Positions 1-5,922 of a DNA stretch of 12,210 nt are shown here, piece after piece. The stretch's first letter is position 1. Each line of letters opens with the position of its first letter. Position numbers and translations under genes: made by a program. The notes under the pieces are model-generated. The model was not told the DNA's origin, did not search any database, and saw nothing but the letters and a program-made list of their open reading frames with translations. The stretch is from contig JBDHAB010000067.1 of assembly GCA_039588295.1 (NCBI GenBank), forward strand, positions 1-12,210. Direction: 5' to 3'. This DNA is from Gemmatimonadota bacterium (GTDB lineage: Bacteria > Gemmatimonadota > Gemmatimonadetes > Gemmatimonadales > GWC2-71-9).

Positions 1-6
1 GGCACG

Positions 7-1797
7 ATGCCTTTTGAACCCGATGACAGAACCTCGATGAAGCGGCTGCGGGACGCGGTGACCGCATCTCGCTCCAAGCTCAAGCCGTTCCGCGAGGAGC
101 GCATGGACGCGCTGCGGCAGTACGTCGGCAAGCACTACGGCGACGAAGGTGCCCAGGACCGCGTGCCGGTCAACCTGCTGGAGCAGATGGTCTCTATCTA
201 CAGCAGGCACCTTGCGGCGAACAACCCCCGCGTACTCGTCACCAGCAAGTTCGAGATGCTGGGTCCGACTGCGGCGGAGTTCGCTCAAGCTGTGAATGTG
301 CTCATGCAGGAGATCGAACTAGCGCACAGTCTGCGCCAGGTCATTGTAGACGCCCTGTTCTGTATCGGTGTCCTCAAAGTGGGTGTCAGTCCCGAGATGG
401 AAGTCGAGGTCGGCGGTTTCCTGCACGATGTAGGTCAGCCGTTCGCGGACCCGATCAGCTTCGATGACTTCGTGTTCGATATGTGCTCGACGCGCCTGGA
501 CCAGTGCGACTTCATCGGCAACCGCTATCGGTTGCCGCTCGACTACGTGAAAGAAAGTTCGCTCTACGTCGGCACCGAGACTTTGGCGGCGACACCGAAG
601 CTCACGACCGATCAGGTTAGCGGGGAGCCGCGGTCTCAAGCTCTTTCTCTCGGAGAGTCGGGTATTGATGCAGACGAGTACCGCGACTACATCGAGCTGT
701 GGGACATCTGGCTGCCGGAGCAGAACCTTGTCGTGACGCTGCCGGACGATGAGCCGCCCGATGCGATTCGCATCGTGGAATGGGACGGCCCCGAGCAGGG
801 GCCGTATCACCTCCTGTCGTTCGCCGACGTGCCGGGCAACATCATCCCGCTTGCGCCTGCGATGGTCGCGATGGACCTGCACGACTTCGTTAACCGCATC
901 TACCGCAAGGTCTTCCGCCAGGCGGAAAGACAGAAAGAGGTGCCTACTTTTGCGGGCAATGCCGAGAAGGACGCGCAGCGTGTGGTTGAAGCCTCCGATG
1001 GAAAGATGGTTCGGCTTGACCACGCTGACGGATTCAAGGTTCACCGCTTCGGCGGTGCCGATCAGGTCGGCATGGCGGCGGGTATCCACGCCAAGGACGT
1101 GTTCAACGACCTGATGGGCAATCTCTCTCTTCTCGGCGGGCTCGGTCCGCAATCCGGCACGCTTGGGCAGGACGAACTGCTCAACGCCAACGCCTCCAAG
1201 AAGATTGCCGACATGCAGGACCGCTTCGTGACGTTCACCAAGGGCGTCGTGCAGGCGCTGGCATGGTACGAGTGGACGGAGCCCCTACGTGAACGACAGT
1301 TGACCAAGATTGTGCCGGGCACGGATATCAGCCTCTCCGTCTTGTGGTCACCCGAGACGCGGGAAGGCGACTTCATTCAGTACGACCTGAACATCGAACC
1401 CTACTCGATGCAGCACAGCTCGCCGGGCACGAGGCTCAATACGCTGCTCAACATCTTTCAGACGGTCATTGTCCCATCGTTGCCCATGCTCCAGCAGCAG
1501 GGCGGCGTGTTGGACATGCAGACGTTGCTCGACCTTATCAGCGAGTACACGAACATCCCCGAGCTACGCGACATCGTGCAGTTTCAAGGACTCATGGAAG
1601 ATGAGCAAGTGGGGATGACGGGGAGCGCGACGCCGGAGCTGCGCCAGTCGCCGTCTACGACACGGACCAACGTACGGGTCAATCGGCCGGGCGCCACGGC
1701 AAGCGGCAAGGACGAGGCGCTCATGCAGCGCCTGCTCAGCGGTGCGGGCAGCGTGCAGCCCGACCAAGCGGCAACGCTTACGAGGGGGGTCGGATAA
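7..1797 (+). CDS. Phage portal protein (podovirus type), 596 aa
   Basis: Size and position ahead of scaffold/capsid. Portal-like segments VPVNLLEQMV..LAANNPRVLV, DALFCIGVLKVG, ISFDDFVFD, IELWDIW, GPYHLLSF, SGTLGQDELL, then a low-complexity C-terminal tail. The start lies at the window edge, so the RBS is not visible. Confidence 0.85.
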   Translation: MPFEPDDRTSMKRLRDAVTASRSKLKPFREERMDALRQYVGKHYGDEGAQDRVPVNLLEQMVSIYSRHLAANNPRVLVTSKFEMLGPTAAEFAQAVNVLMQEIELAHSLRQVIVDALFCIGVLKVGVSPEMEVEVGGFLHDVGQPFADPISFDDFVFDMCSTRLDQCDFIGNRYRLPLDYVKESSLYVGTETLAATPKLTTDQVSGEPRSQALSLGESGIDADEYRDYIELWDIWLPEQNLVVTLPDDEPPDAIRIVEWDGPEQGPYHLLSFADVPGNIIPLAPAMVAMDLHDFVNRIYRKVFRQAERQKEVPTFAGNAEKDAQRVVEASDGKMVRLDHADGFKVHRFGGADQVGMAAGIHAKDVFNDLMGNLSLLGGLGPQSGTLGQDELLNANASKKIADMQDRFVTFTKGVVQALAWYEWTEPLRERQLTKIVPGTDISLSVLWSPETREGDFIQYDLNIEPYSMQHSSPGTRLNTLLNIFQTVIVPSLPMLQQQGGVLDMQTLLDLISEYTNIPELRDIVQFQGLMEDEQVGMTGSATPELRQSPSTTRTNVRVNRPGATASGKDEALMQRLLSGAGSVQPDQAATLTRGVG

Positions 1798-2168
1798 TGC
1801 CCGTGTTCTGTTACACCAACGAGCAACTCGGGCAGACCATTGAGGAGCTACATCCGATGGGCAAGGCTCCCGAAATCGCCCATCGCGGGGGACACATTTT
1901 CGTCCGCGACTGGCAGGCGGAACATCGACCGAGGGTGCGTCGTGAGAATTTGCAGCCGGAGTGGGACTATGAGTCGGATGCGGCGGGCGTTCACCCGGAC
2001 CAAGTGCCTGAGGCGGTGGCGTACTGCAAAGAACAGGGCGTGCCCACGCACTTCAATCCACAGACCGGCAATCCGGTGATGGAGAACAGGAAGCATCGTA
2101 GGGACTTTCACAAGATTTGGGGCGTCAAGGATAGAGACGCGGGGTACGGAGACTACGGCGGTGCCTGA
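1797..2168 (+). CDS. Small hypothetical protein, N-terminus resembles a degenerate FmdB-type zinc ribbon, 123 aa
   Basis: ATG overlaps the portal stop (TAATG), preceded by GAGGGGG. N-terminus MPVFCYTNEQLGQTIEELHPM follows the MPxYxYxCxxCGxxFExxxxM pattern but lacks the CxxC cysteines. Confidence 0.7.
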   Translation: MPVFCYTNEQLGQTIEELHPMGKAPEIAHRGGHIFVRDWQAEHRPRVRRENLQPEWDYESDAAGVHPDQVPEAVAYCKEQGVPTHFNPQTGNPVMENRKHRRDFHKIWGVKDRDAGYGDYGGA

Positions 2169-2448
2169 ATCCTACGGTAACCATCTGAAGAAACTGGAGC
2201 GGGCGCAGAAGTTCGGGGAGAAGATGGCGAAGAAGCTGTCGGATGTGTGTGATTATCCGATTGTGCTTGAGGGGCTCGTGCAACCCTCGCTAAGCGGGCT
2301 GGGTTACGATGTGCCACTTAGTGCAATCGACTCGGCGATTGTTTTGCCTGCACGCGAGAATGAATGGACGCCGTTTCTTGACCAGCTCAGTTTCGCGCTG
2401 CGCTGGGGTAAGGAGAACAGCAAAAAACCTGCCGAAGCGGCAGTGTGA
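2161..2448 (+). CDS. Hypothetical protein, 95 aa
   Basis: GTG start overlapping the previous gene by 8 nt, with GGAG at 2148-2151. Fills the gap in the operon direction; no recognisable motif. Confidence 0.65.
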   Translation: MPESYGNHLKKLERAQKFGEKMAKKLSDVCDYPIVLEGLVQPSLSGLGYDVPLSAIDSAIVLPARENEWTPFLDQLSFALRWGKENSKKPAEAAV

Positions 2449-2460
2449 CAACCTTGGGAC

Positions 2461-2574
2461 CGGGGCCGCACCTTGCGTGCGCCTCGCGGGCTGAAGCGGA
2501 GTAATTACCCGCTAGACGGCCAGATACGTCGTAGCCATCTGGGGCTGCACGGAAACGTGCGGCCCTTCTTTTTT
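2461..2574 (+). promoter_or_regulatory. Structured RNA leader / candidate transcription attenuator upstream of the scaffold gene
   Basis: Hairpin 2461-2486, near-palindrome 2495-2513 and terminator 2542-2574. GGGCCGCAC (2463-2471) is the exact reverse complement of the terminator 3' arm GTGCGGCCC (2557-2565). Confidence 0.6.
2542..2574 (+). terminator. Rho-independent terminator-like hairpin
   Basis: GGGCTGCACG-GAAA-CGTGCGGCCC (10 bp including one G-U pair, GNRA loop) followed directly by TTCTTTTTT. Confidence 0.8.
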
Positions 2575-2583
2575 AGGTGCTTT

Positions 2584-3609
2584 ATGCCCGAAGAGACCGC
2601 GACAGCGACGACAGAAGAGACTCCCGTCACGGAAACGGCGACGGCGCCGAACGATGTGACGGTGGATTTGGGCTTCGACGCGGCGAAACCGACTACGGAG
2701 ACGACGCCCGAGCCACAACCAACTGCCGAAGCCACCACGCCGGAGACGGCGGCTGGCGACGAAGGTGCTACTGAACCCGCTCCCGTGCAAGAGCCGGAAG
2801 CGAAGAAAGAACCGGAAGCACAAGAGCCCGAACCCGAGGCGACTGAGCCCGAGTTCGACGACACCTTGCTGAGAGAAGCGCGGGAATGGGGATTTACCGA
2901 CGCGGACGCGAAAGCGTTTGAGCATCCCGACAAGTTGCGGGCTGCGATGACTGCCCTGGACCGGAAGGTGGTGGCGAGTCTGCAAACACCTTCTGCGCCG
3001 CAGCAACCTACTGCGCAGGTACCCCCGTCTCCGCAAACTGCCCCGAGGGAAGTGCCGCCCCCGGAGTTCAAGTTCCAACTGGACCCTGAGAACTTCGATG
3101 AGGCGCTCATCGGACAGCTCAACGCGATGAACACCCACTACCAGCAGCATGTGACCAACATGCAGCAGGCACTTGGGTTTCTCGCAAACGAGTTCCAGCG
3201 TGAAACGGGGCTCGGGAAAGTCCAGCGCTTCGACGGCTATGTCAGCTCGCTGGGCGATGAGTACGAGTCGCTGGTAGGCAAGGGTACGGTCGAGGAAATC
3301 GACCCCAACTCCACCGCGTTCGTCAATCGTAACAGGGTCTTCCTGGCGATGGACGCGCTGCGTAATGGGTATCTCCAGAACAACCGCCCCGTTCCAGGTG
3401 AACGGGAGTTGTTCCGGCGCGCCCTGCGCATGGAGATGGGTGACCAACTCGCTTCCATCGAGCGCAAAAAGCTCAACGGCGAGGTGCAACGGAAACGGAA
3501 ACAGGTCGTGCATCGCCCCACTCAACGGAAGAGCAAAGCGGGGACTCCGCTTCAAGCAGCCGTCGAGGACGTGAAGGCGATCGTGCGCGACCGTGGAATC
3601 AATATGTGA
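2584..3609 (+). CDS. Putative capsid scaffolding protein, 341 aa (start re-assigned from 2473 to ATG 2584)
   Basis: AGGTG at 2575-2579 precedes ATG. Long acidic Pro/Glu/Thr/Ala-rich N-terminus, helical middle and basic C-terminus (RKRKQVVHRPTQRKSK); lies immediately upstream of the capsid gene. Confidence 0.75.
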   Translation: MPEETATATTEETPVTETATAPNDVTVDLGFDAAKPTTETTPEPQPTAEATTPETAAGDEGATEPAPVQEPEAKKEPEAQEPEPEATEPEFDDTLLREAREWGFTDADAKAFEHPDKLRAAMTALDRKVVASLQTPSAPQQPTAQVPPSPQTAPREVPPPEFKFQLDPENFDEALIGQLNAMNTHYQQHVTNMQQALGFLANEFQRETGLGKVQRFDGYVSSLGDEYESLVGKGTVEEIDPNSTAFVNRNRVFLAMDALRNGYLQNNRPVPGERELFRRALRMEMGDQLASIERKKLNGEVQRKRKQVVHRPTQRKSKAGTPLQAAVEDVKAIVRDRGINM

Positions 3610-3651
3610 CGACGGGCAGAAGACCGCTCGTCTGATGTGAAAGGAAGTCAC
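3606..3651 (+). promoter_or_regulatory. Intergenic hairpin and RBS of the major capsid gene
   Basis: GACGGGC(3611-3617)/GCTCGTC(3626-3632) stem; possible outer GTGAC(3606-3610)/GTCAC(3647-3651) pairing; SD-like AAAGGAAG at 3640-3647. Confidence 0.45.
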
Positions 3652-3652
3652 G

Positions 3653-4702
3653 ATGGCAACTTTGCAAGCGGGCGACATCGCCGACATGGTGATTGCCACG
3701 CTACACAAGTACATGCCCGGCTTCCACCAAATCACCCAAGACCTGCAAGACTACGAGATGATGGGTCGATGGCTCAAGGGTGACGCGGTCAAAGTCGGGT
3801 CAGGGCAGGGGATTAGGGAGCAGCTCCTTGCCAAGCGCATCGGCGCCGCCAGGCACGTCGGGCTCTACGAAGAGGACGATGTGAATGTCGGCGACCACCT
3901 TGCTCAGCTCACCGTGCCGTGGGTCCACGCGGAAACCAAGTGGGGCTACGACGTGCGTGAGACGTTTATGAACAAGGGGCCAGAGGAAATCTGCAATATG
4001 GTCTTCGCTCGGGAGACCGCTGCAGAGATCGACTTGGCTGAGGAGCTGGAAGAGCGGGCGTGGGCGTATCCGACGACCACGCAGGACGAGTATCCGTACG
4101 GCTTGCCGTACTACGTCGTATACAACGCGACGACGGGGTTCAATGGTGGGTTGGCCGGCAGTCACACGACCAAGGCCGGTGTCAACATCACCACCTACCC
4201 GAAGTACAAGAACTACACGGCGCAGTACACGAATCTGACCAAGGCGGACCTCATCAAGAAGATGCGGACGGCGCATCGGAAGATCCGCTTCAAGTCGCCG
4301 GTCGGCATTCAGGAGTTCCGGGGCGCCAAGGGCAACCGGTTCCGCATTTACGTCGACGAGACCACCATCTCGGGCATCGAGGATCTGGGCACCGCTCAGA
4401 ACGACAACCTCGGACCGGACATCGCTCAGATGGACGGCACGATGGTGTTCAAGGGTCATCCGATCGTCTGGGTGCCTTACCTCGACGACAACGCGGCGTC
4501 CGGCTCCAACCCGGTCTACATGATCGACCACACGGCGTTCAAGGTCGTTGTTTTGCGTGAGAACTACATGCGGCGGACGGGTCCGCAACGCGCAGCCAAG
4601 CAGCACAATGTGTACGAAGTCTTCCGAGACCTGTCGTACAATTTCTGCTGCACGAACCTGAGAAGCTGTGCTCTCATCGCCAAGAGCGATCCGTTTAGCT
4701 AA
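3653..4702 (+). CDS. Major capsid protein (HK97 fold expected), 349 aa
   Basis: Strong RBS, position after the scaffold and typical size. Pattern GSGQGIREQL...W....WGYDVRETFMNKGPEEICNMV..RETAAEIDLAEELEE...FKGHPIVW...VYMID resembles, from memory, a podoviral major capsid family. Confidence 0.88.
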   Translation: MATLQAGDIADMVIATLHKYMPGFHQITQDLQDYEMMGRWLKGDAVKVGSGQGIREQLLAKRIGAARHVGLYEEDDVNVGDHLAQLTVPWVHAETKWGYDVRETFMNKGPEEICNMVFARETAAEIDLAEELEERAWAYPTTTQDEYPYGLPYYVVYNATTGFNGGLAGSHTTKAGVNITTYPKYKNYTAQYTNLTKADLIKKMRTAHRKIRFKSPVGIQEFRGAKGNRFRIYVDETTISGIEDLGTAQNDNLGPDIAQMDGTMVFKGHPIVWVPYLDDNAASGSNPVYMIDHTAFKVVVLRENYMRRTGPQRAAKQHNVYEVFRDLSYNFCCTNLRSCALIAKSDPFS

Positions 4703-4719
4703 GAAAGGAGAGTGCAGAG

Positions 4720-5541
4720 ATGAAACGTATTCAATACCTTGGTGAGACTCACCGCATTTGGTCGCCCTACATCTGGGGCGATTGCCCGATCGGAGAGATT
4801 CAGCAGGGCACTCGCTCGGGCATCTTCTGGGCGGATGATTTCATCGACTGGGTGGGCGACGCAGGCGCGGGAGCCGGGGAGACGCAGAGTTACCTCGGCT
4901 ACGGCGATGTGGGCGTCACCATCACGAACCTTGTTGGTGCGGAGACGGGCGTAGTGGAAGTGGCTGGTAATGATGCTGACAACGATGAAGGCAGCATCCA
5001 GCTTGGTAGCGCGACATCCAACTGCGCTATCATCTCGGACACGGCGGCGGATGCGCATAAGTTGTGGTTCGAGGCGAGGTTCTCAAAGGCTTCCGTTGCC
5101 GATAACGCTTGCTCGATCTTCGTCGGGCTGGCGGAAGAGGGCCTTGCCGCCGCTGATACGCTTGTCGACAACACTGGCGCAATCGCCGACAAGGACATGA
5201 TCGGCTTCAACGTCCTCCAGGCGAGCGGCGAAGAGATCGATTTCGTCTACAACAAGGACGGCGGGTCGATCCAGACGGTCATCGACGACGGCGGCGACAT
5301 CACGGCCGCGACGTTTATGAATGTCGGCTTCGTCTACGATCCGACAAAGCCCACTGCGAATCGGATCAAGATCGTCATCGACAACGTCGTGCAGAGCACC
5401 TATGTGACGGGCGCGAACATCGCGGCGGCCACATTCCCCGACGGTGAAGAGTTGTCGCTGCTGTGGGCGACGAAGGTCGGCGCTGCGGCTGAAAGCAAGG
5501 CGCAGCTTGACTGGTGGGCGTTTGCCCAGCTTTACGATTGA
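4720..5541 (+). CDS. Putative capsid decoration / minor head protein with beta-sandwich (lectin-like) character, 273 aa
   Basis: AAAGGAG RBS directly after the capsid stop. Acidic, Gly/Ala/Asp-rich and beta-rich, with FWADDF, LWFEARF, IFVGL and terminal LDWWAFAQ motifs typical of post-capsid virion proteins. Confidence 0.6.
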   Translation: MKRIQYLGETHRIWSPYIWGDCPIGEIQQGTRSGIFWADDFIDWVGDAGAGAGETQSYLGYGDVGVTITNLVGAETGVVEVAGNDADNDEGSIQLGSATSNCAIISDTAADAHKLWFEARFSKASVADNACSIFVGLAEEGLAAADTLVDNTGAIADKDMIGFNVLQASGEEIDFVYNKDGGSIQTVIDDGGDITAATFMNVGFVYDPTKPTANRIKIVIDNVVQSTYVTGANIAAATFPDGEELSLLWATKVGAAAESKAQLDWWAFAQLYD

Positions 5542-5547
5542 TTTTCC

Positions 5548-5603
5548 CACTCCCCGTTCGCGCTGGGCGGGGCGCTTCGGCGCCTCGCCCGGCCTTGGGA
5601 GTG
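5548..5603 (+). promoter_or_regulatory. Very stable intergenic stem-loop with C(UUCG)G tetraloop and no U-tract
   Basis: GCTGGGCGGGGCGC(5562-5575)-TTCG-GCGCCTCGCCCGGC(5580-5593), 14 bp with two G-U pairs; outer stem CACTCCC(5548-5554)/GGGAGTG(5597-5603). Confidence 0.75.
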
Positions 5604-5615
5604 TCAGGAGCCTTT

Positions 5616-5921
5616 ATGACAAGCTACGAACTCGAAACGTATGAGTTGCTCATCGGACAGACGTTCAGCGACGAGAATCCGATGCCACAGCGCCTGCGCA
5701 AGCTGCACGCACGAGTGCTTGAATTGGCTCAGCATGTAGGCGTGCGGACGCTGTCCAAGGACGTGATGGCTCTGATTGCCGTCATGGCAGACGGCGTGGA
5801 AGAAGCTCCTGTTGCGCCTGTCCCCGTGCTTGGCCCGAGGAAGCGCCGTCCCGGTCGGCCTACCAACAAGGAACGGGAGGAGCGTGCCCGCCTGGAAGAG
5901 CAAGTTGCCGAGGTGACGTAA
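5616..5921 (+). CDS. Small hypothetical protein with AT-hook-like basic motif, 101 aa (start re-assigned from 5514 to ATG 5616)
   Basis: AGGAG at 5606-5610 precedes ATG 5616; contains PRKRRPGRPTNK near the C-terminus. Confidence 0.7.
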   Translation: MTSYELETYELLIGQTFSDENPMPQRLRKLHARVLELAQHVGVRTLSKDVMALIAVMADGVEEAPVAPVPVLGPRKRRPGRPTNKEREERARLEEQVAEVT

Positions 5922-5922
5922 C

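Noticed and set aside
2446..2486. TGA plus downstream hairpin as a bacterial SECIS (selenocysteine) signal
   Set aside because: The apical loop CTTGC lacks the leading G expected in bacterial SECIS loops, there is no redox motif around the TGA, and the read-through peptide looks non-coding.
2491..2555. Hammerhead ribozyme (CTGA...GAAA) in the leader
   Set aside because: Core reads CTGAAGC rather than CUGANGA, and stems I-III cannot be assembled around it.
2473..2583. TTG start giving a 378-aa scaffold
   Set aside because: The extension runs through the structured leader and terminator and has no clear SD; ATG 2584 has AGGTG upstream and protein composition changes sharply there.
3632..3642. 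CTGATGTGAAA resembling a hammerhead core
   Set aside because: No stem II between CUGAUG and GAAA, and the conserved A is missing; it is simply the run-up to the capsid RBS.
4681..4722. T7 10A/10B-style frameshift fusing capsid to the next gene (which lies in the -1 frame)
   Set aside because: The -1 frame has a TAG at 4696-4698, no slippery heptamer follows it, and the next gene has its own strong RBS.
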